Assembly: GCA_048885185.1 (NCBI GenBank)
Contig: JBHLQC010000001.1
Coordinates: 1-44,753, forward strand
Length of the DNA: 44,753 nt
DNA from: Candidatus Odinarchaeota archaeon
GTDB lineage: Archaea; Asgardarchaeota; Hermodarchaeia; Hermodarchaeales; Hermodarchaeaceae
Reading direction: 5' to 3'
Shown: positions 16,193 through 25,956 of the stretch, piece by piece
How the letters are laid out: every line of letters starts with the position of its first letter
How positions within the stretch are numbered: the first letter of the stretch is position 1
Notes under the pieces: generated by a model
What the model was told of the DNA's origin: nothing
Database searches by the model: none
What the model saw: only the letters and a program-made list of their open reading frames with translations
Position numbers and translations under genes: made by a program

Positions 16193-17626
16193 ATGACTGA
16201 TAGACATAGTGCTGTTCTAAAGCCCACCTATCAAACAGTGACAACCGTCTCAGGACCTCTTTTAATTCTAGATAAGGTCACAGACGTTGCTTATAACGAG
16301 CTTGTTGAAGTTACTGCGCCAGATGGTACTCTACGCCGTGGAACTGTATTAGAAGCTATGAGTGGACGTGCGATTGTACAAGTATTTGAAGGGACCCGAG
16401 GACTTGATACGAAAGCTACTCGAGTTCGTCTTACTGGAGAAACAATGCGAACTCCCGTCACCGTCGATTTACTAGGAAGAGCTCTCAATGGATCAGGTAT
16501 TCCTATCGATAAAGGACCGCCAATTGTCCCTGAAGATGAATTAGATTTGAACGGAGCTCCTATGAACCCTGATGCGCGACAGTATCCACGTGAGTTTATT
16601 CAAACAGGGCTAAGTGTAATTGATGGTCTCAATACACTTGTCCGGGGACAAAAGCTTCCAATTTTCAGTGGATCAGGCTTACCCCATGATCGTGTTGCAG
16701 CCCAAATCACCCGTCAAGCAAAAATCCCTGGAAAGAAAGAACAATTTGCAGTTATTCTCTGTGCCATTGGAATTACAGCTGAAACTGCACAATTCTACAT
16801 GAAAACATTGGAAGAAACAGGAGCTTTAGCCACCAGTGTCCTTGTTCTCAACCTTGCTGATGACCCACCCATTGAGCGCATCATTACTCCCCGAACCGCA
16901 CTAACCATTGCTGAATACCTGGCCTTTGAGCAAGACATGCACGTTCTGGTTATTCTCACAGACATGCTCAACTACTCCAACGCCCTGCGTGAAATCTCAG
17001 CAGCCAGAGAAGAGGTACCTGGACGCCGAGGGTATCCTGGTTACTTGTACACAGACCTAGCTTCAATATATGAACGCGCAGGTCGTATAATTGGTCGTAA
17101 AGGCACAATTACACAGATGCCCATCCTCACCATGCCTGGAGATGACATTACTCACCCTGTCGCTGACCTCACTGGATATATCACCGAGGGGCAACTCATT
17201 ACAAGCCGAGCCCTTCACAACAAAGGACTTTATCCTCCCATTGACCCTGCACCTAGTCTAAGTCGGCTAATGAAAGAAGGAATTGGCGAAGGTCACACAC
17301 GAGCAGACCACAATGAGGTTCAAGCCCAATTATATTATGCTGCCAGTGAAGGGTCAGATCTCCGAGATCTCGTTGCGGTAGTAGGTGAAGGCGCCCTCTC
17401 CGATCGAGACCGGGTTTATTTGAATTTCATCGAAAGGTTTGAGGCAGGATTTCTCAACCAAGGTGAATTTGAAGAAAGAACCATTGAACAAACGTTAGAT
17501 TTGGGTTGGGAAATGCTCTCAACATTCCCTGAACGCGAGCTCAAGCGAATAGACCCTGAAACCATTGAGAAGGCAAAAACTCAGCAACTGTATCGATTTT
17601 CACCACCTACGAGTGAAGACAATTAA
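16193..17626 (+). CDS. atpB: A-type ATP synthase subunit B
   Basis: 477 aa with [11 protein letters not shown]...[11 protein letters not shown]...[37 protein letters not shown], all conserved B-subunit blocks. Confidence 0.95.
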   Translation: MTDRHSAVLKPTYQTVTTVSGPLLILDKVTDVAYNELVEVTAPDGTLRRGTVLEAMSGRAIVQVFEGTRGLDTKATRVRLTGETMRTPVTVDLLGRALNGSGIPIDKGPPIVPEDELDLNGAPMNPDARQYPREFIQTGLSVIDGLNTLVRGQKLPIFSGSGLPHDRVAAQITRQAKIPGKKEQFAVILCAIGITAETAQFYMKTLEETGALATSVLVLNLADDPPIERIITPRTALTIAEYLAFEQDMHVLVILTDMLNYSNALREISAAREEVPGRRGYPGYLYTDLASIYERAGRIIGRKGTITQMPILTMPGDDITHPVADLTGYITEGQLITSRALHNKGLYPPIDPAPSLSRLMKEGIGEGHTRADHNEVQAQLYYAASEGSDLRDLVAVVGEGALSDRDRVYLNFIERFEAGFLNQGEFEERTIEQTLDLGWEMLSTFPERELKRIDPETIEKAKTQQLYRFSPPTSEDN

Positions 17627-17693
17627 CCGCTTAGCATTGCGAGTTTTTAGAAACCATTATAGGTAATTTCTTCTACTCTTGAAAATATCTTAT

Positions 17694-17829
17694 GCGGCCG
17701 TGGTCTAGTGGTTAGGATTTAGGCCTCCCATAGACCGAATGCAAAACCGATCTGGAGATCGCCTATAGCCCGGGTTCAAAAAATCAACTTGCTTGACGAG
17801 TTGGCTGGAAAATCCCGGCGGCCGCACCA
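17694..17829 (+). tRNA. tRNA-Gly(CCC) with two introns, CCA encoded
   Basis: The structure reads GCGGCCG TG GTCT AGTGGTTA GGAT T TAGGC CTCCCA|intron 17731-17759|C GCCTA TAGC CCGGG TTCAAA|intron 17781-17812|T CCCGG CGGCCGC A CCA. The 37/38 intron has a textbook BHB, with CTCC/GGAG helix and bulges CAT and ATC. An oligo-T tract follows. Confidence 0.85.
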
Positions 17830-17978
17830 CTCTTTTTTTATGCCCAAGGCATAAAAGGCAAGAAAACCTGATTTTAGCTGGAGAATGGCTGTGAAGACCT
17901 GACCCTTACGACCTATAGAGCCCTATAGGAATGACAGGGATCTTGAGTGCTGAGCCGCTCTCCGCCTTTTTGCAGACA

Positions 17979-18758
17979 TTATATTGTGGCTGAATTTCTG
18001 TATTGTTCAAAAATTGCCATGTACAGACATTCTTGCCGGGAGATTGTCAGCTCGTTGGGTGAAACTCGTCTTTTCGTGAAGGTAACAGGTGCTCCCCGAA
18101 TTATGACGGCTGGAATTTGTTCATCAGCTTCTCCCATGATGAGTTGTGCTGCGGAAGCGAGATTGTCTGCGATGGCAGAACGGGTGATACGAAGAGTATA
18201 TGAAAAGAGGTCTGGTTGTCCACGATAGTCTTTGATTGGTTCAATTCCGGCAATGGCTACTGCGAGCCCGACGGTACCGAGTCGTAAGGGCTGTGTCCGA
18301 CTGTCTGCAATAACAATACCCAGCTCATGACCAGTTTTCTTTTCCAACGCGTTTTTAATTTGCCAAGCAGTCTCTGTGGTTTTGGATGGGAGAAGAACCA
18401 CATGACCTGATGGGGCATTCGACCGGTCTATTCCAGCATTAGCCATCAAGGTGTTATCCTTAATGGTCAGGAGTACATGCGGTACACCCCCGAGTATTTC
18501 ATCCGCCTCTTCCAAGATGATTTGAACCAAATGGGCATCCACTTCATAACGCTCAGCTAATTCTTGAGCTTGAGGGGAAACCGAAACCGTCGATAATTTA
18601 CGAATCCGGTTTTGCGCTGTTGCAACAACTGTTTCAGCCACAACGATGATGTCTTGAGATTCTAATGTTAGCCCTTGTTCTGCAATGGATGAAACCAGAT
18701 GTCCAATTAAATCATCTCCAGGCTGGATAATTGGAGTCCTAATGCCTATTAGCTCCAT
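17979..18758 (-). CDS. cofE: CofE-like gamma-glutamyl ligase (F420-0:L-glutamate ligase family)
   Basis: 259 aa with IVVVAETVVATAQNR...ANAGIDRSNAP...VIADSRTQPLRLGTVGLAIA...DYRGQPD...LASAAQLIMGEADEQIPAVIIRG, which are CofE family blocks. It lies 6 nt downstream of folP. Confidence 0.7.
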   Translation of the reverse strand: MELIGIRTPIIQPGDDLIGHLVSSIAEQGLTLESQDIIVVAETVVATAQNRIRKLSTVSVSPQAQELAERYEVDAHLVQIILEEADEILGGVPHVLLTIKDNTLMANAGIDRSNAPSGHVVLLPSKTTETAWQIKNALEKKTGHELGIVIADSRTQPLRLGTVGLAVAIAGIEPIKDYRGQPDLFSYTLRITRSAIADNLASAAQLIMGEADEQIPAVIIRGAPVTFTKRRVSPNELTISRQECLYMAIFEQYRNSATI

Positions 18759-18764
18759 TTTTCT

Positions 18765-19598
18765 TCACATTCTTGAGTTGCTTGAAAAAGCGGTGACCAT
18801 TTTTGCGCAGTCACGCGTTGCGCGAACATCATGAGCTCGAATAACATGAGCACCTTCCAATATGGCTATTGTCACAGCAGCAAGTGTCCCAAATAGACGA
18901 TCTTGGGGAGAAGGATAGCCCAAAACCCTGCCGATGAAACTTTTTCTAGACACACCCAGTAAAATAGGTCTTTTCAGAATCCGAATTTTCCTTAAGTCCC
19001 GAATGAGTTCAAAGTCATTTTGAAACGGTTTGCCAAATCCAATACCTGGATCTACAACTATACGGTTTGAGGGAATTTCGGCAGTATGAGCAATATGGAG
19101 ACTCCTTCTCAATGCCGATATTACCTGAGTACTAGTAGTCCGATCACCTGGTCGGTTCTTTGTAGCCATTAACACGCAACTTGCGCCAGCATCTTGGATG
19201 ATTTTAGCCATATTGGGATCAAATTTCAACCCTGATACATCATTGATAATAGTTGCACCTTTTTCTAAGGCAACTTGTGCAACTGATGCACGGTATGTAT
19301 CGATTGATACTGGTACGTCCCAGTTTTTTACAATTGATTGAATAATCCTGACTACGCGCTTTTTTTCTATCTCAACTGGTGGTATTGGAGAACCAGGTGC
19401 TGTTGATACACCGCCAATGTCAAGCATATCAACATTCTCATCTACCATTCTCTCAACGGCTGATAGAGCTTCCTTGGAAGAGGCATAGTATGAGTTCTGG
19501 TAGAAAGAGTGAGGATCCAGATTGATGATTCCCATAATGGCTACAGGTTGATTGTCGCCTACACTTACTGAACCAAGTCGTGCTTGAGTAGAACTCAT
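18765..19598 (-). CDS. folP: Dihydropteroate synthase (pterin-binding domain)
   Basis: 277 aa with IMGIINLDPHSFY...DIGGVSTAPG...SIDTYRA...INDVSG...DPGIGFGK, the canonical DHPS motifs. Confidence 0.85.
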   Translation of the reverse strand: MSSTQARLGSVSVGDNQPVAIMGIINLDPHSFYQNSYYASSKEALSAVERMVDENVDMLDIGGVSTAPGSPIPPVEIEKKRVVRIIQSIVKNWDVPVSIDTYRASVAQVALEKGATIINDVSGLKFDPNMAKIIQDAGASCVLMATKNRPGDRTTSTQVISALRRSLHIAHTAEIPSNRIVVDPGIGFGKPFQNDFELIRDLRKIRILKRPILLGVSRKSFIGRVLGYPSPQDRLFGTLAAVTIAILEGAHVIRAHDVRATRDCAKMVTAFSSNSRM

Positions 19599-19667
19599 TA
19601 GTGGTCACCGAAAACTTAATGCCACTTGCCCAAATAAGAAATCGACCGTTCCACAGAGGTTACTGCC

Positions 19668-20807
19668 TTGACTGAATCAAAATTACTTACAACGCATTTA
19701 CACGATTGGCATGAGGCTTATGGAGCTAAAATGGTGTCATTCGCAGGGTTTCATATGCCCTTAAGGTACCAAGCCATCACTACAGAGCATATTACAACCC
19801 GGAAAGCTGCTGGAATTTTTGATGTAACCCACATGGGTCGAGCCATGATTACCGGTTCAGAAGCCACTCAATACCTTGACAACCTCTTACCTACGCGGAT
19901 TCACCGATTGGAAAACGGTGCTGGAACATACAGTGCCTTCTGCACCAAAAATGGCGGTATCGTTGATGATCTCTTCCTGTTCCGTTTGGACGATAATGAG
20001 TATTATATGGTAGTCAACGGAGCGAACAGAAAGAAAGACTTTGGTTGGATGAAAAAACACGCTAAGGAATTTAATGTCAAGGTTTCGAACATTTCTGATA
20101 GCACTCCAATGTTTGCTCTTCAAGGACCTGCAGCGGTAAAGATCTTACAGAAACTCACATCAATGGATTTAGACTCAGTTCCCCGCTTTCACTCGGTGAA
20201 AACTAAGTTAAACGGATTTGATGTTATCGCCACGCGTAGTGGGTATACAGGAGAGGATGGATTTGAGATTGCTCAACTCAATGTTACTCCTGACAAAAAA
20301 GAATTGGCAGTTCAATTGTGGGAAGATCTTCTTGAGCACGGAAAGGAAGAAGGACTCGTACCAGTCGGTTTAGCCGCACGGGATACTCTTCGTCTTGAGG
20401 CCGGAATGGTTCTTTATGGAAACGATATCAACGAGGATACCAGTCCATATCAAGCACGGATCGGATTTATTGTCCATTTGAAAAAAGAGAAATTCTTAGG
20501 AAAAGAGGCGCTGGTTGCTGAGAAGGCTGAAAAACCCCAACGACTTCGGGTTGGACTCATTATGTTGGGGAAAGGAATACCAAGAACGGGTAACCAAATT
20601 TTTGCAAAAGGTGAAGTGATTGGAGAAGTAACAAGTGGATCCATTTCTCCACTTCTCCGAAAAGGCGTAGCTTTAGGGTATGTGAACCGGGCCTTCCGGG
20701 TATCAGAAACTCTTGTGCATATTGAGATAGGAAAGAAGAAACGGTGGGCTGAAATCTATCACCCGAAAAAACTGCTCGCTCAAATCAAGAAACAGGCAAA
20801 AATGTAG
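19668..20807 (+). CDS. gcvT: Glycine cleavage system T protein (aminomethyltransferase)
   Basis: 379 aa with GAKMVSFAGFHMPLRY...GIFDVTHMG...SGYTGEDGFEI...ARDTLRLEAGMVLYGND. The start codon is TTG. Confidence 0.9.
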   Translation: MTESKLLTTHLHDWHEAYGAKMVSFAGFHMPLRYQAITTEHITTRKAAGIFDVTHMGRAMITGSEATQYLDNLLPTRIHRLENGAGTYSAFCTKNGGIVDDLFLFRLDDNEYYMVVNGANRKKDFGWMKKHAKEFNVKVSNISDSTPMFALQGPAAVKILQKLTSMDLDSVPRFHSVKTKLNGFDVIATRSGYTGEDGFEIAQLNVTPDKKELAVQLWEDLLEHGKEEGLVPVGLAARDTLRLEAGMVLYGNDINEDTSPYQARIGFIVHLKKEKFLGKEALVAEKAEKPQRLRVGLIMLGKGIPRTGNQIFAKGEVIGEVTSGSISPLLRKGVALGYVNRAFRVSETLVHIEIGKKKRWAEIYHPKKLLAQIKKQAKM

Positions 20808-20822
20808 ACAGAGAAAATTCGT

Positions 20823-21128
20823 TTACTTTGAATCCCAGTCATTATCAATTTCTTGAGCAAAGCTGACAAGTAATTGTGCAACAGGATGTTTCGGGTTTAA
20901 ATGGAGAATTCGTCTACGTCGAAAGAACCGAATATCCGAAACAATTCCCGCCTTTATCAGAGGAAGAAGACAACGTTCAACTGACGATACTGAAACTTTC
21001 GCGCGCCGGGCAAGCATAGAAAGATGCATTGTCGTATCCTTTTGTTGAATAAGTACTTCGAGAAGCCGAACCTGTGGAGTGTCACCAAACAACTCTTTTA
21101 ATCGACCCATTGGATGTAGCCAACTCAC
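20823..21128 (-). CDS. Small winged-helix DNA-binding protein
   Basis: 101 aa. The segment LLEVLIQQKDTTMHLSMLARRAKVSVSSVERCLLPLIKAGIV looks like an ArsR/MarR-type wHTH. No more specific family recognised. Confidence 0.5.
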   Translation of the reverse strand: MSWLHPMGRLKELFGDTPQVRLLEVLIQQKDTTMHLSMLARRAKVSVSSVERCLLPLIKAGIVSDIRFFRRRRILHLNPKHPVAQLLVSFAQEIDNDWDSK

Positions 21129-21204
21129 CGCTCTGGAAATGAACCTGATGTCAATAAAGGGAAGCTCTTACAAAAAAGTTTGCTGCGAAAGCCATCAACA
21201 TGGT

Positions 21205-21900
21205 CTAAATCGAGGATGACACGACTCTAGTACCAATTTTTCTCTTTTCTATGGCTTGGACAATGTTTTCGGGGGTTGTTCCATTGACAAACCAGACTTC
21301 GATTTGGGCCCGTTGGATTATATCTAGGGCTGGTTTATCAAAGAGAGGATACGTTCCAGGTTGGCTTTCAAGGGGTGTGATAATTTTTCGTAATTGATCG
21401 ATGGTAATTTCTGACAGGAGTTTTGCTTGACTGAATCTTTTAGGATCACTGTCATAGACGCCGTCAACGTCAGTGACGTTGAGTAGAATTTTCGAATTCG
21501 AAAATTCAGCAACCTGGGCAGCGACAGCATTGGTAGATTGACCAGGACGAAGGCCACCAAGAATAAGAAGGCGTTCATCATTTTGAAGACTTGCTAGTTG
21601 CTCTTCACTCATTATTGGAAGTGGATATGCGACATCTTGTAATGCTGTGATCATCAATTGGGCACAAACCCAAGTTGCCGCAATACCCAACTGGTCCAAG
21701 GTTTCACGGTTGGCACCGAGTAGTTTTCCCTTTTTCACCAATGATTTTGCAAGAAAGCCTCCACCGATTACCAATACGATGTCATGTCCGAGTTCCTTAA
21801 TTTGCCGAATTGCATTAGCAAATTCCTGATATCGAGCAATATCAAACTGTTCATCCTCGTCAAAAAGAAGAGAACCACCAATTTTTATTACGAGTTTCAT
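21205..21900 (-). CDS. pyrH: Uridylate kinase, archaeal type
   Basis: 231 aa with MKLVIKIGGSLL...VLVIGGG...LILGGLRPGQSTNAVAA...VTDVDGVYDSDP, the amino-acid-kinase fold at archaeal PyrH length. Confidence 0.85.
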   Translation of the reverse strand: MKLVIKIGGSLLFDEDEQFDIARYQEFANAIRQIKELGHDIVLVIGGGFLAKSLVKKGKLLGANRETLDQLGIAATWVCAQLMITALQDVAYPLPIMSEEQLASLQNDERLLILGGLRPGQSTNAVAAQVAEFSNSKILLNVTDVDGVYDSDPKRFSQAKLLSEITIDQLRKIITPLESQPGTYPLFDKPALDIIQRAQIEVWFVNGTTPENIVQAIEKRKIGTRVVSSSI

Positions 21901-22010
21901 CAGAACGCCTCTGTAGTTCGAAAAGTTTTTGGATACCTTTAACGGTTGCTGCTCGCACCTAATATCGCATACATGCCTTTTTGCTTTATGCGAATAAGGG
22001 GCAATTATCC

Positions 22011-23270
22011 ATGTCTACTACTAGCGAATCGTATCAGCGGTTCAGACTCAAGAAGGTAGTGGACACTCTATCAGAAAAAAAGGGACTTCACACGGAACTG
22101 ATAACCCTTTACATTCCACCTGATCGTCAGATGAGTGATGTACTCTCAACCCTCCGAACAGAATATGGTACTGCAACCAACATCAAATCCAAATCTACAC
22201 GAAAAAATGTGATGGACGCCATCCAGACAGTAATCCAACGTTTGAAAATCATACCAAAACCGCCTCCGAATGGATTAGCGGTATTTGCCGGTGCGATTTC
22301 GAAAGGAGCCCCTGGCAGCGAGAAAATGGAATTGTATTTGATTGAACCCCCGGAGTCAGTAAATGTATACATCTATCGGTGTGCTGCTGAATTTTGGCTT
22401 GATCCTCTTCGTGAAATGCTAAGACCAAAGAATAGCTATGGTTTAATCTCAATTGACCGAAGTGCAGCAGCTTGGGCTCTATTACGGGGGACTAGCTTAC
22501 AGGTTATTAAAACGGTGAAATCTGGTATTATGGGTAAACACCGAGCAGGTGGGCAAAGCCAACGACGATTTGAACGCCTTATTGAACAGGCGGCTCATGA
22601 ATTTTTAACTCGATCCAGTGAATTAACCCGAGAATTATTCGAGGAGATTCCAGATTTAAGAGGAATAATCATTGGAGGTCCTGGTTTCACAAAAGAAGTC
22701 TTTTCAGAGAAAGGTTATCTAACTTCTCCTTTGAAGGAGAAAGTGTTAGCTGTACTTGATACTGCTTATTCAGGGGAGGAAGGTATCCGAGCCTTAGTTG
22801 AAAAATCAGGTGAAATTCTAAGAGACCAACGGCTAATGGAAGAAAAGCGTCTAGTCCAACGCTTCTTAAGCGAACTCGCTCGTGATACTGGTCGAGCTAC
22901 GTATGGAGAGAAGCAGGTCCGGGCTGCACTTGATCGAGGGGCAGTCGAAATCATCATAGTCTCCGAAGGTATCGAATATTCACGAGTTACAATAACCTGC
23001 ACCTCCTGTGGTCATGAAACAGAAAGCACACTAACACCCGACGCATTACCACGATTTGTGAATGAGCTAGCGGACCAACAATGTCCCAAGTGCAAAAACC
23101 AAACACTTCAAATTTCAGAAGCGCAAGACATCATCGAAGAGTTGGGAGAACTAGCAAATGAAACTGGAGCTAAAATCGAAATAATTTCACCTGAAACTGA
23201 AGAGGGAAAACAACTTCTTATCGCATTTCGTGGAATTGGCGCCATTCTTCGTTGGGCTGAACAAGCTTAG
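22011..23270 (+). CDS. prf1: Peptide chain release factor aRF1
   Basis: It carries the NIKS motif (TATNIKSKST), YxCxxxF (YRCAAEF) and GGQ (HRAGGQSQRRF). The track ORF starts at TTG 21981. ATG 22011 (MSTTSESYQRF) is the more likely start. Confidence 0.9.
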   Translation: MSTTSESYQRFRLKKVVDTLSEKKGLHTELITLYIPPDRQMSDVLSTLRTEYGTATNIKSKSTRKNVMDAIQTVIQRLKIIPKPPPNGLAVFAGAISKGAPGSEKMELYLIEPPESVNVYIYRCAAEFWLDPLREMLRPKNSYGLISIDRSAAAWALLRGTSLQVIKTVKSGIMGKHRAGGQSQRRFERLIEQAAHEFLTRSSELTRELFEEIPDLRGIIIGGPGFTKEVFSEKGYLTSPLKEKVLAVLDTAYSGEEGIRALVEKSGEILRDQRLMEEKRLVQRFLSELARDTGRATYGEKQVRAALDRGAVEIIIVSEGIEYSRVTITCTSCGHETESTLTPDALPRFVNELADQQCPKCKNQTLQISEAQDIIEELGELANETGAKIEIISPETEEGKQLLIAFRGIGAILRWAEQA

Positions 23271-23406
23271 GTCAAAAAATATTGGAGAAAGCCTTTTTAA
23301 CATGGGCAAGAATGCCGTTCCCTAGTCAAATAACAATAAAAACAAGTCAAAATTTCGACTCTTTTATCATCACCTTACCTGAAGGGTGAATTAGAGGTAT
23401 CAAACG

Positions 23407-25800
23407 ATGGGGCAAACTACACAACTAAAAGAAAAACGTTGGCAACCAAAAATCGAGGAAGAAATCCTTGGGATGTGGGCCAAAGAACAACTTTACGCCT
23501 TTCAACGAGACACTAAACGTCCTATCTATTCAATCGACATTCCTCCTCCATACCTAAGTGGACCTTGGCATATTGGTGGTGCTATTCACTACGCTCAAAT
23601 TGATATGATTGCCAGAACGAAACGCATGGAAGGATTTGAGGTTATATTCCCTATGGGATTAGACCGAAACGGACTACCTATTGAGGTTCAGGTGGAAAGA
23701 GCATACAACATCAGTATGCATGATATTCCTCGTCAGGAATTTCTGGATAAATGTGCTGAATTTCTGGACCGTAATGAGAAACTCATTGTTACAATGGCCC
23801 AACGTTTAGGTTTGAGTTGTAACTCATTCAAACACGACGAGATGTATCGTACTGATCATCCAGATTATCGTGCAATTACACAACGCACGTTCATTGAACT
23901 ATACAATCAAGGACTCGTCTATATCGATGATCGCCCCAATAACTGGTGTTCCGAATGCGGAACTACCATCGCAGATGCTGAAGTTGAATACAAAGACATT
24001 CAAACCACCCTTTCAACCCTGAAATTCACTATTGAGGATTCAGGTGAGGAATTACCCATAGCAACTACACGACCTGAACTCCTCTCAGCATGCGCAGCTG
24101 TCCTCGTTAACCCCGATGATGAACGATATCAACATCTTCAAAATAAAACAGCGCTTACACCGTTATACAATAAACCAGTTCCTATCATTCTGCACCACGA
24201 AGCTCGAATTGAATTTGGCACCGGCGTCGTTATGGTTTGTAGTTATGGCGATTATACAGATGTTAGACTATTTCGAGAACTACAGCTCCAACCAATCAAT
24301 GCCCTAGATGCCGATGGGAAAATGACAGAAGCTGCAGGCCCTTACAAATTCATGACTATAAAGGACGCACGAAAAGCAATCCTCGATGACCTCCACAAGA
24401 AAGAACTAGTTCTCAAACAAGAGACAATTTCTCATCGAACTCCCACCTGTTGGCGTAGTCGCAACCCCATTGAATTCATTGCCATGCCCGAATACTATCT
24501 GAAACAAACACCATACCTTGAGGAACTCCGCAATGTCATCGATGAAATGACTTTCTTTCCCACCGAAAACAAGCAGATTCTCATCGATTGGATAAACAGC
24601 GTTAACCGAGACTGGCCTATTAGCCGTCGCCGATTTTATGGCACTGAAATCCCCCTTTGGTATTGTACAAAATGTGACGAGACCATTGTTCCTCCAGTTG
24701 GTCCATATTATCAACCGTGGAAGACTCCCCCACCAGTTAAGAAGTGCCCGAAATGCAGCGCTTCAGATAGTTTCGAAGGTGAAACTCGGACTATGGACAC
24801 CTGGATGGACTCATCCATCAGTTCTCTTATTGTCGCTTTCTACACTAAAGACAATGAACTCTTTCAGCGTCTCTTTCCAGCTAGCATTCGTCCACAGGGT
24901 AAGGATATAGTTCGCACTTGGCTCTTCTATTCAATTTTACGAGTTTACCAGCTTTTCCAGGCTCCCGCCTTCAAATACGTCTGGATCAGCGGGATGGGTC
25001 TTGATGAACATGGAGAACGAATGAGTAAATCCCGGGGAAATATTATTGACCCTAACCCAATGTTCGACCAATATGGCACAGACGCATTACGTCTTTGGGG
25101 TGCTCTTGAAGCCTCTTTGGGTTCTGATTTCCGATTCAGCGAAGGTCGCCTTGCAGGAGCCCATCGATTTCTTACTAAACTCTGGAATATTTCCCGTTTC
25201 ATCTCTGGATTCCCACAAATCAAAGACGAAGACATTGAACTCCAACCAGCTGATCACTGGATTCTCTCCGAACTAAACGACTTAATCAATCGCGCCAGAA
25301 CCGGTTATAGCAAACTCGATTTCATCGTTCCTGCCCGAGAACTACGCACCTTCACTTGGGACCTCTTTGCGAGTCATTACCTTGAACTCGTCAAAGGACG
25401 CGCTTACTCCAAAGAGGATGAACCAGGACGTAACGCCGCATGGTTCACTCTTCATACGATCCTGCATTCCATCCTCAAACTCTTGGCACCGATTTGCCCT
25501 TTCATCACCGAGAAAATTCACCGGACCCTCTATGACACGAACACATCTATCCATAAATTACGATTCCCTGAACCCATTGATGGGATTGAAAAAGACCATC
25601 CCACTGACACCTTAATCCAATTCAACGCTGACCTCTGGAAACACAAAAAAGATCACAAAATGAGCCTCCGTGCGCCTCTCTCAACAGTTTCAGCAACAAA
25701 GACTCTCAAACCCTACGCCGAAGACCTTAAACTCATGCATAACATTGAAACTATCAAATTCACCACAAAGGGCAACACAAAAATACTTCCACAAAAATAA
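23407..25800 (+). CDS. valS: Valyl-tRNA synthetase (class Ia)
   Basis: 797 aa. The HIGH-region reads PPPYLSGPWHIGGAIHY. The editing-domain block is TTRPELLSACAAVLVNPDDERY...GTGVVMVCSYGDYTDV. It also has WPISRRRFYGTEIPLWYC and KMSKSRGN. The Val versus Ile/Leu assignment rests on CP1 block resemblance. Confidence 0.8.
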   Translation: MGQTTQLKEKRWQPKIEEEILGMWAKEQLYAFQRDTKRPIYSIDIPPPYLSGPWHIGGAIHYAQIDMIARTKRMEGFEVIFPMGLDRNGLPIEVQVERAYNISMHDIPRQEFLDKCAEFLDRNEKLIVTMAQRLGLSCNSFKHDEMYRTDHPDYRAITQRTFIELYNQGLVYIDDRPNNWCSECGTTIADAEVEYKDIQTTLSTLKFTIEDSGEELPIATTRPELLSACAAVLVNPDDERYQHLQNKTALTPLYNKPVPIILHHEARIEFGTGVVMVCSYGDYTDVRLFRELQLQPINALDADGKMTEAAGPYKFMTIKDARKAILDDLHKKELVLKQETISHRTPTCWRSRNPIEFIAMPEYYLKQTPYLEELRNVIDEMTFFPTENKQILIDWINSVNRDWPISRRRFYGTEIPLWYCTKCDETIVPPVGPYYQPWKTPPPVKKCPKCSASDSFEGETRTMDTWMDSSISSLIVAFYTKDNELFQRLFPASIRPQGKDIVRTWLFYSILRVYQLFQAPAFKYVWISGMGLDEHGERMSKSRGNIIDPNPMFDQYGTDALRLWGALEASLGSDFRFSEGRLAGAHRFLTKLWNISRFISGFPQIKDEDIELQPADHWILSELNDLINRARTGYSKLDFIVPARELRTFTWDLFASHYLELVKGRAYSKEDEPGRNAAWFTLHTILHSILKLLAPICPFITEKIHRTLYDTNTSIHKLRFPEPIDGIEKDHPTDTLIQFNADLWKHKKDHKMSLRAPLSTVSATKTLKPYAEDLKLMHNIETIKFTTKGNTKILPQK

Positions 25801-25813
25801 CCCCGAAGCCGAT

Positions 25814-25888
25814 GGGGTGGTAGATCAGCGGTAGATCGCGTGTCTCGCACACACGAGGCCCCGGGTTCAAATCCCGGCCACTCCACCA
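25814..25888 (+). tRNA. tRNA-Ala(CGC), no intron, CCA encoded
   Basis: The structure reads GGGGTGG TA GATC AGCGGTA GATC G CGTGT CTCGCAC ACACG AGGCC CCGGG TTCAAAT CCCGG CCACTCC A CCA. A G3.U70 alanine identity pair is present. It begins 14 nt after the valS stop. Confidence 0.9.
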
Positions 25889-25956
25889 ATACAAAATCAG
25901 CTTTGGCAAAATCCATATAAACGAAAAAAGTCTACGCGCATCCACGCACATCATGT

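Noticed and set aside
17947-18228. 93-aa + strand ORF
   Set aside because: It lies antisense to the well-supported cofE-like gene. Its Cys/Arg/Ser-rich translation is typical of a shadow ORF.
22998-23093. CxxC...CxxC zinc-ribbon insertion in the C-terminal domain of aRF1
   Set aside because: I believe a cysteine-containing mini-domain at this position is common in archaeal aRF1 and corresponds to the eRF1 minidomain. I cannot show it is unusual without an alignment.
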